From Octopus vulgaris (lineage: Eukaryota), in the NCBI GenBank assembly GCA_951406725.2, contig OX597829.1, positions 1,612,001 to 1,676,000 of the forward strand: DNA of 64,000 nt, written 5' to 3'. Numbering within the stretch: position 1 is the stretch's first letter; each line of letters begins with the position of its first letter. The translations under genes were made by a program, and so were the position numbers. Below, in pieces: positions 13,258-25,020 of this stretch. The notes below the pieces were generated by a model that had not been told where the DNA came from, did not search any database, and worked only from the letters and a program-made list of their open reading frames with translations.

Positions 13258-13595
13258 CTCTTTACTCTTTTTACTCTTTTACTTGTTTCAGGCATTTGAT
13301 TTCGGCCATGCTGGAGCACCGCCTTTAGTCGAGCAACTCGACCCCGAGACTTATTCTTTGTAAGCCTAGTACTTATTCTATCGGTCTCTTTTGCCAAACC
13401 GCTAAGCTACAGGGACGTAAACACACCAGCATCGGTTGTCAAGCGATGCTGGGGGGTGGAGACAAACACACACACACACACACATATATATTTATATACA
13501 TATACATACATAGGACGGGCTTCTAAATCCACTCACAAGGCTTTGGTCGGTCCGAGGCTAAGCAAGCTACTTACCACACAGCCACTCCTGCGCCT
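13258..13595 (-). mobile_element. SINE family B (internally deleted)
   Basis: Reverse complement of GGCGCAGGAGTGGCTGTGTGGTAAG head and GACTAAAGGCGGTGCTCCAGCATGGCC tail. Confidence 0.8.
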
Positions 13596-13879
13596 ATATA
13601 TATATATATATATATATATATACTATGAAGGAAAATATAATATGATATAAATTTGGGTGAATGCCTCTTTCAATACGCTTTGAAAATAGAGCCCAACTTT
13701 ATCCTGTACATTATCCAGTTCATATCACGGCAGTCCTTAGATATTGTTACTCATTTCTAATGACAAGTACAATTTGTAAATCCGATTCACAAATTATTTT
13801 GGGTGCATTAATCACGGAGGATATTGGAAAGTAAAAAACATAAATAATGAAATGCAATTTCAACGGTTTATTTAATTTA

Positions 13880-14300
13880 CAGTCGAACCAATTCTACTAC
13901 ATGGCTCAGAAACCTGGACGTTATCAAAGAAGCTTGAGAGGCGGTTGGATGGAACCTACACTCGCCTCCTTATGAGAGCTCAAAATCTCTCGTGGAAGCG
14001 TCATCCAACTAAAATGCAAATATATGGGAAATTACCACCTGTATCATCTCTTGTGAAAGGTAGAAGAGTCCAGTTTGCTGGATATTGTTGTAGAGCTGAA
14101 AACGAGGTAATTTCTACTCTTCTCCTCTGGAGGCCATCTACTCGCAATACCAGAGGGCGCACACTCTCCTACCCTGATGTAATCTCCAGGGATACAGGCA
14201 TCCAGCAACAGGACCTCCGTAATGCTATGAAGGACCGTGAAGTCTGGCGTAACATAGTAAATTCCATTGTCTCGACCACGGTCGAACAACGATGATGATA
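13880..14300 (+). mobile_element. RTE-like LINE 3' fragment
   Basis: LLHGSETWTL..LDGTYTRLLMRAQNLSW..VQFAGY..LRNAMKDREVWRNIV followed by a short (GAT)n tail; second copy at 45563-45815. Confidence 0.8.
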
Positions 14301-14539
14301 ATAGTTTACACGTGTTGCAAATAGCACAGCACAATGCAAGCGTTGCATTCATTAAAATATGGATATTTAACTGATTCTTCAATTCATCGATAAATTCGAC
14401 AGAAACACGTAGTCTCTAACTACAAAGCTATTTCTTTCAAAATGTTTCTACGCGCGCGTGCGCATACACGCACACACATACACATATATACACACGCAAA
14501 CACACGCACATACACAAACACAGACAAAATTTACATAGG

Positions 14540-14925
14540 GGCGCAGGCGTAGCTGTATGGTAAAAAATCTTGCTACCCATGTATATGGTTCACGATTCAG
14601 TCCCACTGCATGGCCTCTTGAGCAAGTGTCTTCTATTATAGCCTCGGGCCAACTAAAACCTTGTGAGAGGATTTGGTAGACGGAAACTGAAAGAAGCCTG
14701 TCGTATATATACTATATGTGTATATTTAAATGTTTGCGTGTGTTTGTGTCTGTTTGTCCTCCACCACTGTTGTTGGTGTGTTTACTCCCCGCAACTTAAC
14801 AGTTCGGCAAAGGAGAATAACAGAATAAGTACTAGGCTTTAAAAAATATGTTCTGGGATTCGATCCGTTTGATCGTTTGACTAAAATCTTCCATGGCCGC
14901 AATCAAATGGCTGAAACAAATAAAA
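14540..14925 (+). mobile_element. SINE family B (diverged)
   Basis: Contains family core CCTTGTGAG.GGATTTGGTAGACGGAAACTGAAAGAAGCC. Confidence 0.8.
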
Positions 14926-15149
14926 GATAAAAAAAAGTGTGTGTGTGTGTGTGTGTGTGTGTGAGTGAGTGTGTTTGTATGTGTGTGTCTTTATACACAC
15001 TTATATATGCTAACATACACACACACACGCACACATAAACACATGCAAACAAACACACACATACACACATACACGCACATACACATCTGTACGTATGTGC
15101 ATAAGAATATATGTATATGTCATACGTCGGTTTATATAGAAAATATTCC

Positions 15150-16110
15150 GAAAGAATATTAAATAGAATAGATGGAATATTAGAAACAAAGAAGAGATCA
15201 TTAGAAAAGGCATTGTAACAAACGTGTTCGCGGTGAGAATCCCTCTCAACCAATTCTTCAACGCGAAGCACGAAGTTTGAATTTTCAGAGCTATGGTGCG
15301 TGCTCGTGCTCTAAGACACGAATGAATGAAAGACACTCGGCTGGTGATGGTTCAACATGGTCCCTAAAGAACCAAAATTCACTCTTTGGTGGACAAAAAT
15401 GGTCGTATGCCACTCTAGTTCAGCCAGATGAGTTTGACATTTCATCAGGACTTCGCTCGACAGTTTGAAAAAAATGACGGACCGAAACAAAGGGTAACAA
15501 ATAAACTTTTGCCCATATCTCTTCTACTAAAGGCAAATTTCAAAATTTTGTCCTAAGTAATAGTGAAGGTTGTAGTGTTTTTCGTCGAGAGACTGATTGG
15601 TGATGCACAAAACATGAGCCATCCCAAGAAGATCTATTCGCAACAACCTCCACCTCATGCGATACATCATAGAAAAGGTGGGTAAAGAATGGATGGGGCG
15701 CTTATCAATTTGGATCGATCAAAATCCTTCGATTGGGTCGACCACCAGTATTTTGAAGCCGTTTACACAATGGTCGGATTAGGTTCCCTCTTCTGCTACA
15801 GAATTACCGCAATGTACAGTGACATCTGCTCGGTAGGTTGGGTGAATGGTTACCTATGGGAACCATTCACTATTACCCGTTCCCCTCTCTTCTATATGTA
15901 CTAACTCTAAAACATCTACTGTGAAAACTGAAGTCGTTGAGGTGCATCCCACGCGAACACTAGGATGCGAAAGAACCGTACAGACATATGCAGTCGATGC
16001 CATCGTCATTGTGTCAACCACCAAGCGCATAGACGCTTCTCTAAAACAATACGAGGCGATGACAGAAACAAAAACTCGGCACTTAGAGAGACAAGTCCAA
16101 GCTATTCAAT
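15150..16110 (+). mobile_element. Decayed non-LTR retrotransposon RT fragment (L1/Tx1-like)
   Basis: GALINLDRSKSFDWVDHQY resembles the RT motif LD..KAFDRV.H; downstream VNGYL.EPF.I and YA.DA remnants. Confidence 0.65.
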
Positions 16111-16261
16111 AACGCTGTGCGAAGCTGAACCGGCAATGCGGTTAATTTAAAGAAACTTTTGGTGAAAGCGAGGATAATTTTTCAGCTTCAACTTGTACAT
16201 TTTACTATGAAATCTGTTTCAGAAATTTTTTTCAGGAGTAAACAACAGGCCGCAGTAATGA

Positions 16262-16535
16262 GTAATTTTATTCCCATAGAAATACATTTCAGTAATTGAT
16301 TTGTTGTGACATGTAGCTTTGGTAAAACTTATCAAAAGCCGATATAAGCACAAAGTAACCTACACTTTTTGTTATGACAAGTCAACTTGTTGTGATTTAT
16401 TTCATAAACCTTTGTCTAAACTCAGTTTATCACTGAAGTTCTCATGGGAAATATTACGGTGAGAAAAGATGTTTCACCTGCGTAAGTCGTCATTGGCATT
16501 CACCTTTACTACAACATGAAAAAGTTTATGAACCA
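16262..16535 (+). ncRNA. Structured repeat unit U5
   Basis: Full-length match; 3' arm variant CACAAAG pairs perfectly with 5' arm CTTTG. Confidence 0.6.
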
Positions 16536-16960
16536 TGAAGGAACGCTTGGGGTTAACATGCGAATACGTTTATAGCCATGCTCTTAGAAATAGAAGTGAA
16601 ATTTCTCTCAAATAGAAGCTAAGTTCTTTAAAATATATAACATAATACAAATGCAAATTTAGATATCATGTCAACAAAATAATGATGATGCTGATGATTA
16701 CAACGATGAGGAAGATTATTCTTATGACTGTTGGTGAACCCCATACAAGATTTCACTGGGAACACTCCTATATTTCCTTTTCCAAGTGCGTTATATTGTT
16801 TATATGATATAACAAGAAGACGAAAGTGAAAGAAACACATTGCATCGCATAAATCATAACCAAGATGAGTGGATATTGATAGATGTGTAGACTGTGGTCA
16901 TTTTGATTTTTTTTTTTTGCTGCTGCTTATATTAAACTTCATGAATACCACTTCATCATA

Positions 16961-17147
16961 GGCGCAGAAGTGGCTGTGAGGTTAGAAGCTTGCTTACCAA
17001 CCACATGGTTACGGGTTCAGTCCCACTGCGTAGCACCTTGGGAAAGTGTCTTCTGCTATAGCCTCGAGCCGACCAAAGCCTTGTGAGTGGATTTGGTAGA
17101 CGGAAACTGAAAGAAGGCCGTCGCATATATGTATATATATATATATG

Positions 17148-17188
<41 letters not shown>

Positions 17189-17385
17189 TTGTGTGTGTGG
17201 TGTGTGTGTATGTTTGTGTGTGTTTGTCCCCCGAACATTGCGGTTCGACAAAAGAGACAGTTAGAATAAGTACTAGGCTTACAAAGAATAAGTCCCGGGG
17301 TCGATTTGCTCGACTAAAGGCGGTGCTCCAGCATGGCCGCAGTCAAATGACTGAAACAAGTAAAAGAATAGAAGAATAAAAGAAT
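16961..17385 (+). mobile_element. SINE family B
   Basis: tRNA-like head, conserved core, internal (TA)/(TG) microsatellite, AAAAGA tail. Confidence 0.85.
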
Positions 17386-17514
17386 ACGATCAGCCACGTG
17401 ATCTTGGATGAGATTTTGCTGAGCATGGCTTTCAAGTCATTTAATCTGCCAGAAATATATCTTCAACTACATACAGAACTTGTATTTCGCTACAGTTTAT
17501 ATAGATTAATCACA

Positions 17515-17689
17515 GGCGCAGGAGTGGCTGTGTGGTAAGTAGCTTGCTTACCAGCCACATGGTTCCAGGTTCAGTCCCACTGTGTGGCACCTTGGGTAAG
17601 TGTCTTCTGCTATAGCCCCGGGCCGACCAATGCGTTGAGAGTGGATTTGGTAGACGGAAACTGAAAGAAGCCTGTCGTATATATGTATG

Positions 17690-17722
<33 letters not shown>

Positions 17723-17922
17723 TTGTCCCCCTAGCATTGCTTCACAACCAATGCTGGCGTGTTTACGTCCCCGTTACTTAGCGGTTCGGCAAAACAGACC
17801 AATAGAATAAGTACTGGGCTTACAAAGAATAAGTCCCGGGGTCGATTTGCTCGAGTAAAGGCAGTGCTCCACCATGGCCGCAGTCAAATGACTGAAACAA
17901 GTAAAAGATAAAGAGTAAAGAG
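17515..17922 (+). mobile_element. SINE family B
   Basis: Same family as 16961. Confidence 0.85.
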
Positions 17923-18897
17923 AGGTCAGTAGTGAATAAAAGTCATATGGTATTTAAGTCTCTGGTCCTCCCTATTTTGGTCTATAGTTGTGATTCTTGA
18001 ACACTGTCTAAGTGCTGCTTGAACTACCTTGGTTCTACAGGTTACCATTGGTTGGATTTTATTTGTATGATTCGGAAGCGTCGGCTCAGACCGTTTGGTT
18101 CTGTTGATCTATTTTCTAATTAGATCCTACGTATCATGTTCTCTAATCTGAGAATTCGGCTGGGATGACGGCTCATGTTGATCGGCCAATTGCCTCATGG
18201 TAACGATGGATGAGGAAGTATTTTATAGAGGTGGGAACTGGGACACTTATCGAGGGGTTGTTCGAGAAGACTCGAGCAAATACTAAGAAATAGTTGATGT
18301 AGTGACGTGCTGCAATGGCGCATGACCCCCCCCCATACTTAACCTTACCAGCTCTGACTGCACCTTCATTTGTTTTCACACAAGCTTTCTAGTACTACCG
18401 TTTCCAGTGATTATTCTTTGTGGTCATTTAGCCGTAGTTCATCCCTGATCTAACACACATATGATCTAAGTACCATGATCAGTCTGTTTTTTTTTCTGAA
18501 TAGTTCCAAATGTGGCCATCTCTTTTATTCAAATATACATTACCTACATTTTTCTAATGGGACTACATTATCCAATGTGTCCTTCCTTCTTGTCGATTAG
18601 CACCTTATTAGTCCTGATCCCGCAGATCTATGATCAAAGTTGACCCAGCTGTAATTACCTTCATCGTTTCTTTTAAACGATCAATCAGACTTATGGCGAA
18701 AATCATCTCCTGTTGTGACAATGTTATCTTTTATTCAAACCTGGTGTACTCAGACATTAGTTCTTGTTTAGCAGAATTATGATCATAGATACTAGCGCTG
18801 TGACCGTCCTGAATTTTAATCAGAAAGAATGCATCTCAGTGCACAGATTCTAACATGCCTTTTCTTGTCGATGACGTCCGACCCTAGGTCCATTGTC

Positions 18898-19203
18898 ACG
18901 TGACGTCACGTGACCGACCAGGCTATCTAATTTTGGTATAAATCGCTGGTCACAATGCGATTCGCATTGTTTTAGCCTTCAAATGACGCCACCCCGCTGG
19001 CTAAGTGAGCAGGCCAACAGAAGGAAGAGTGAGAGAAAGTTGTGGGGAAAGAGTACAGCAGGGATCGCCGCCCCCTGCCGGAGTTCGTGGAGCTTTAGGT
19101 GCTTTCGCTCAATAAACACTCACAACGCCCGGTTTGGGAATCGAAACCGCGATCCCACGACCGTGAGTCCGCTGCCCTAACCATTGGGCCATTTCGCCTC
19201 CAC
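18898..19203 (-). mobile_element. SINE family C
   Basis: Reverse complement of copies at 22792 and 38470. Confidence 0.85.
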
Positions 19204-19326
19204 AGGTCCATTGTATTATCACTATTATAGATCTAGTGGGTTGCCAACGTCCAACAAATTTCCGCCCGTGACCCTCATGCACAACAGAGAATAATCTGTT
19301 TCTTTTTTTACTTTTTTATTGAGACA

Positions 19327-19545
19327 TACGAGTAGGTGCAGAAAAGTTCCTGGTTTTGGGTAAAAGAAAACAAAGGTAGATCGGTTAATTGCAATTTTAT
19401 CCAACATATTCCCCTCTCAGATTCACAGACTTATTGCAGCGATTCTTCAGTTTTTCTAATCCCTGTAAAAGACTTCGGAAGGCTGGGCCTCCAGCCAAGC
19501 CTTTTGCGATTCCTTTGAAGCCAGAAACTTTTCAGTATCCCCTAT
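19327..19545. mobile_element. Tc1/mariner-type MITE
   Basis: Imperfect TIRs TACGAGTAGGTGCAGAAAAGTTCCTGGTTT / AAGCCAGAAACTTTTCAGTATCCCCTATA with TA ends. Confidence 0.6.
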
Positions 19546-19874
19546 AATGTATGACCGAATGCAATATTAAAAATAACCCTCACAGTGCTGTTTATTTTGC
19601 TTTTGTTTTTGTTTCGACACCAGATCATCCCTCTCTAAGCAGCTTCACAATCAAATATCTTCTAGAAATGACCATTTAAATCATCGAAGCTAGGTTTTCT
19701 GTCTTCGTACATGTTGAACGTGAATAATTGAAGAGGTCGATCAGATGTAAATACATTTATTTCTCTGTGATTTTTTAGAAACCAAGAAGAGAAACCTCAG
19801 TTATCAGTTTTCCATGGCCTGCAAATGATTGAGATCCTAACATTGCCCTGAACGGGATGCGAGGCCGTTGCAGG

Positions 19875-20569
19875 GTGTGTATGTGTGTATGTGTGTATCT
19901 ATGTGTGTATGTATGTATGTATGTATGTATGTATGTATGTATGTATGTATGTATGTATGTATGTATGTATGTATGTATGTATGTATGTATGAATGTATGT
20001 GTGTATGTATGTATGTTTGTATGTATGTATGTATGTTTGTATGTATGTATGTATGTATGTATGTATGTATATATGTATGTTTGTATGTATGTATGTATGT
20101 TTGTATGTATGTATGTATGTGTGTATGTATGTATGTTTGTATGTATGTATGTATGTTTGTATGTATGTATGTGTGTATGTATGCATGTATGTATGTATGT
20201 ATGTATGTATGTGTGTATGTGTGTATGTATGTATGTATGTCTGTATGTCTGTATGTATGCATGTATGTATGTATGTATGTGTGTATGTATGTATGAATGT
20301 ATGTGTGTATGTATGTATGTTTGTATGTATGTATGTATGTTTGTATGTATGTATGTATGTATGTATGTATGTATGTATGTGTGTATGTGTGTATGTATGT
20401 ATGTATGTCTGTATGTCTGTATGTATGCATGTATGTATGCCTGCATCTGTCTGTCAGCTATCTAGCGCTTTATATGTGTTTGTGTTTGTGAATGTGAATA
20501 TATATAAAAATATGTGTGTGTGTGTGTGTGTGTGTGTATGTATATATGTATGCATGTATGTATGCATGC

Positions 20570-20650
<81 letters not shown>
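19875..20650. repeat. (ATGT)n microsatellite followed by (TG)n/(TA)n
   Basis: Directly visible. Confidence 0.95.
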
Positions 20651-20652
<2 letters not shown>

Positions 20653-20899
20653 ACAATTAAGGATAACTTCTTAATAAGGAATCTTAACAAGAAATTATCA
20701 GGTAGATAGCGTGAAAAACCTCATAAGACAAAAATTTCGAAAATAATTCTTTCTTATTGAACATATTAATTTATATATAGAGGGCATTATTACACATAAA
20801 TGCCTCACGCTAAGAGGGACATCAGTCATTTCTACCAAAAAATTTTACTAATCATGCCCAATGCAATTTTTCAAAGCAAGACATTTAAAAAATGAAATT

Positions 20900-20967
20900 A
20901 GTCTTATATCATCTGTGATTTCGCACTTACCGCAGAAGAATTTGCGACCATGCTCATCAGTAAGACT
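20900..20967 (-). ncRNA. Type I hammerhead ribozyme
   Basis: Minus strand: AGTCTTA-CTGATGA-GCAT..GTGC-GAAA-TCA(CAGA)TGA-TA-TAAGACT; 7-bp stem I, AUA triplet. Confidence 0.8.
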
Positions 20968-21198
20968 GATTCTGAACATATAAATAAACGACCAGTACCG
21001 TCAAAGTCGAACAGCCAATTGCTCTATTCCAACGAAGCACATGGAGAAGTTTACAAATCATATATCCGGTAAATATTCGAAGAAGCCCGCCATTTACCGG
21101 ATATATGATTTGTAAACTTCTCCATGTGCTTCGTTGGAATAGAGCAATTGGCTGTTCGACTTTGACGGTACTGGTCGTTTATTTATATGTTCAGAACC

Positions 21199-21266
21199 AG
21201 TCTTACTGATGAGCATGGTCGCAAATTCTTCTGCGGTAAGTGCGAAATCACAGGTGATTTAAGACT
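21199..21266 (+). ncRNA. Type I hammerhead ribozyme
   Basis: AGTCTTA-CTGATGA-GCAT..GTGC-GAAA-TCACAGGTGA-TT-TAAGACT; AUU triplet. Confidence 0.75.
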
Positions 21267-21386
21267 AAATTCATTTTTTAAATGTCTTGCTTTGAAAAAT
21301 TGCATTGGGTATGATTAGTAAAATTTTTTGGTAGAAATGACTGATGTCCCTCTTAGCGTGAGGCATTTATGTGTAATAATGCCCTC

Positions 21387-21446
<60 letters not shown>

Positions 21447-21561
21447 AAAAGCAATAAAGATTCAAGTTAATTTAAATGAATTTACTTGAATATGGTACCT
21501 AACTTAGATGCACCAAAAAACTATATGGTTTTAACAATACAGTAATGTGGCGTGATTATAA

Positions 21562-22694
21562 GCGAGAAAGAAGCAACAAGAATGGATAGGTTTTTAGTAC
21601 AATCGTTTCATACAAGGACAGGCTTTATTAAAAGTTGCAAAAATTGCAGCATATAAACGTGTCCCGTACACATCAGCTAAAATACATGTGAGTTCTCTAG
21701 ACATCCTAGTGGTTGAGGCTATACTCATGAAGTAATGTAGATAATTAAGTAACATAAACAGATTTCCAAAGTTCATTAAAGTTCTTTAAAGATGATGTAC
21801 AGTCTTATCACAGAATTTTAAAAAAGTTTTAATAGCATCACAGAGAAGGTGACTTAATCCATAGTGTACATATGAATTTCCAGAGATATGAGGAGGGATT
21901 ACATACTCACAGACGACAAATTTATCCATTGCTAATCACAACGAGGTGGGTCTCAATTCCTGCTTATTAGCATTACAGAGAGGGTGAATTAATCCTTTGT
22001 ATAGATGCACAATTTCCAAAGGTGTAGATGTAAATTTCCAGAGAAATGAAGAGGAATTTCATATTCACAGACGATAAATTTATCAATGGTTGAACACAAT
22101 GAGGTAGGTATCAATTCTTGCTATATGATTATATAGCAAGAATTGATACCTACCTCATTGTGTTCAACCATTGATAAATTTATCGTCTGTGAATATGAAA
22201 TTCCTCTTCATTTCTCTGAAATTTACATCTACACCTTTGGAAATTGTGCATCTATACAAAGGATTAATTCACCCTCTCTGTAATGCTAATAAGCAGGAAT
22301 TGAGACCCACCTCGTTGTGATTAGCAATGGATAAATTTGTGGTCTGTGAGTATGTAATCCCTCCTCATATCTCTGGAAATTCATATGTACACTATGGATT
22401 AAGTCACCTTCTCTGTGATGCTATTAAAACTTTTTTAAAATTCTGTGATAAGACTGTACATCATCTTTAAAGAACTTTAATGAACTTTGGAAATCTGTTT
22501 ATGTTACTTAATTATCTACATTACTTCATGAGTATAGCCTCAACCACTAGGATGTCTAGAGAACTCACATGTATTTTAGCTGATGAGTACGGGACACGTT
22601 TATATGCTGCAATTTTTGCAACTTTTAATAAAGCCTGTCCTTGTATGAAACGATTGTACTAAAAACCTATCCATTCTTGTTGCTTCTTTCTCGC
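21562..22694. mobile_element. Long palindrome (~565-bp arms, 4-nt spacer GATT) of a second Penelope-type terminal repeat
   Basis: Centre CTATAT-GATT-ATATAG at 22121-22136; mirror ORFs 21594..21776(-) and 22480..22662(+) differ by one residue. Confidence 0.8.
22574..22664 (+). ncRNA. Type I hammerhead ribozyme with long stem II
   Basis: TTTTAG-CTGATGA-GTACGGGACA..TGTCCTTGTAT-GAAA-CGATTG-TA-CTAAAA; GUA triplet. Mirror copy (21592-21682, minus) has core mutated to CTGATGT. Confidence 0.8.
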
Positions 22695-22715
22695 GTATAT
22701 ATATATATATATATA

Positions 22716-22785
<70 letters not shown>

Positions 22786-22791
22786 TGTGTG

Positions 22792-23095
22792 TGGAGGCGC
22801 AATGGCCTAGTGGTTAGGGCAGCGGACTCGCGGTTGTAGGATTGCGGTTTCGATTCCGAGACCGAGCGTTGTGAGTGTTTATTGAGCGAAAACACCTAAA
22901 GCTCCACGAGGCTCCAGCAGGGAGGAAGGAGCGATCCCTGCTGTACTCTTTCGCCACAACTTTCTCTCACTCTTTCTTCTGTTGGCCTGCTCGCTTAGCC
23001 AGCGGGGGTGGCGTCATTTAAAGGCTAAAACAATTCGAAGTACATTGTGACCAGCGATGTGTAACAACATATGATAGCCTGGTCGGTCACGGTGA
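22792..23095 (+). mobile_element. SINE family C
   Basis: TGGAGGCGCAATGGCCTAGTGGTTAGGGCAGCGGACTCGCGG tRNA-like head plus body ending GGTCACGGTGATA. Confidence 0.85.
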
Positions 23096-23117
23096 TATAT
23101 ATATATATATATATATG

Positions 23118-23198
<81 letters not shown>

Positions 23199-23486
23199 GT
23201 CGGTGTGTGTGTGGTGTGTGCGCGTGCGAGTGTGTGTGTATGTAAAACTATGTAGGTTAAGGCAGTACCTCAGAGGATCGAAAGCTAACCAAAACAGTAA
23301 TACATTAACTTCGAAGGTAATAATTAAATATTAAAAATTAGTTCTATTTTTCGTAGAATTTCCTTATTATATTGATAAAAGCATTTTTTTTTTTGCGTGG
23401 AAGCTTCATTTTACTTTATCTGGAGTTCACACTATAAGCATTTGACGGGGAAATATGTATCACAATGAAATTTAACAAAATTGATG

Positions 23487-24085
23487 GTGAATTTTCCTTC
23501 CCAGAAAGATACATTCTTAGTATTTGATTTGTTTTGACATGTAGCTTTGGTAAAGCTTAAATAAAGAGCATATCAGCACCAGGTAACCTATATTTTGTCA
23601 TAACAAGTCAACATGCTAAGTATTGCTTAAAAAAACTTTAGTCTAAACTCAGTTTATTACTAAATTTCTCATGGGAAATTTACGACGAGAAAAAAATAAT
23701 TTCGTCAGTACATGTTGTCGATGGCATTCGCGTCTATTATAAGAGGAGAAAGTTTACGAACACACGATGTGGCTACGCGAATGTAAAAGGATGAATTTTA
23801 TTTCCCAGAAAGATACTTTTTGATATTGATTGATTTGCTGTGACATGTGACTTCGGTAAACCTTATCAAAAGAATATCTAAGCAACAGGTAACCTACATT
23901 CTATTACGACAAGGCAAAATGTTATGAGTTACTTGAAAAAAACCTTAGACTAAACTAAGTTTATTACTGAAAAGAGTTCTTATGGGAAATACTGAGGTTG
24001 GAGGAGATGCAGTTTCGGTTACGCTGGTGTCAATATCGTTTACCTATGTCATAATACGAGAAAGTCTACGGATACAAAATGTGGT
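23487..24085 (+). ncRNA. Structured repeat units U6 and U7 (tandem pair)
   Basis: Two consecutive ~300-nt copies; both show compensatory changes in domain-2 stem P2 (GACGA/TCGTC; ACTGAG/TTCGGT). Confidence 0.6.
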
Positions 24086-24184
24086 TATTCGACTTCCTTG
24101 AAACAGCCTTTACATCTCACTCAAATAACAAAAAGTATACTCTATTAGAGGATACAAATCCTTTGTATTTTTAATGTTTTATGC

Positions 24185-25020
24185 ATTTCAGCTCAAAGGC
24201 AGTGGCCATGCTAGGGCACCGCCAGTACTAACACCTTTTCTATGGCCATTCATTTATGGTTGTCTTTTGATGAAGGAGGGGGTTCGGTATTGCTGCTCTC
24301 TTTTGAGTTTCTTGCCATGGTGTAGATTCAAGTAGGACCTTGGACAGCAGAAGATCGAGTTGTTTTTTGAAAACATCAACTCCTACACTATGTAGGTCAC
24401 TCAGAGCTTTTGGCAAGCTATTAAATAGTTCTCGCGCTAGCTATCATGCCAAGCTATGGACCTCAATTTAGACGGGAGGGGTAGAACCTTTGGAACATGG
24501 CAATGACATCTGCTTCGGGGTCTGTTATAAATCTCGATGCCAAAGTTTGGTACCAACTTTTTTAGGATCTTCCATATGTATATCACTACATGTCTCTCCC
24601 GTCTTCGCTCCAAGGAGTAGAGTCATAGCTCTTTCAGTCTCTCCCAGTAGCTCAGCTGTTCCATCGCTGCAATCAGTTCGAAATAACATATGATGGTATG
24701 TGTTTTTCAGCAGCTGCAACGCCAGAGATCAGGTGTATTGCTTGATTATATGTAACTAAGTCTCTCAGGAATTGGGTTTTGCGTTGATGGGATTTTACAA
24801 GGCTGTTGACATTCAGCAGATATATTGGTGTGACATACAGAGTTTCTTGTATCAAGATTCTTCAGGGTTTCCGCAATCAGATTGTTTGGCAGTGATCGTT
24901 CTGCAAAGTTCCATGCTAGGCACATCGTTTTGATTTCCTCAAATTGTCAGTTTCTTTGTAATTTAAAGGTGGTGCTGTCTTTGCTGTAGTTGGTTTTGAT
25001 GAGCTCCATGTTCTTGAGAT
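24185..25020 (-). mobile_element. Decayed CR1/L2-like LINE remnant
   Basis: Minus-strand remnants LLNVNSL (endonuclease start-like) and LFNSLPKAL.DL (typical CR1/L2 ORF2 C-terminus). Confidence 0.5.

Larger units (their letters stand above)
20769..21397. mobile_element. Long inverted repeat (306-bp arms, 17-nt spacer) of a Penelope-type terminal repeat
   Basis: 20769-21074 is the reverse complement of 21092-21397 with a few mismatches; flanked by (TA)n; each arm holds a hammerhead. Confidence 0.8.

Noticed and set aside
16425-16455. Hammerhead core within the repeat unit (CTGAAG..GAAA)
   Set aside because: CTGANGA is incomplete and not conserved; no stem I/III geometry.
19775-20709. Long ORFs of YIHT/MYVC, poly-I, poly-N or poly-Y type (also ~7.4, 34, 40.3, 56.7, 58.6 and 63.5 kb)
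   Set aside because: Translations of microsatellites that lack stop codons; not genes.
22792-22870. tRNA-like sequences at SINE heads
   Set aside because: They continue into SINE bodies, are multi-copy and lack a clean cloverleaf; not called tRNA genes.
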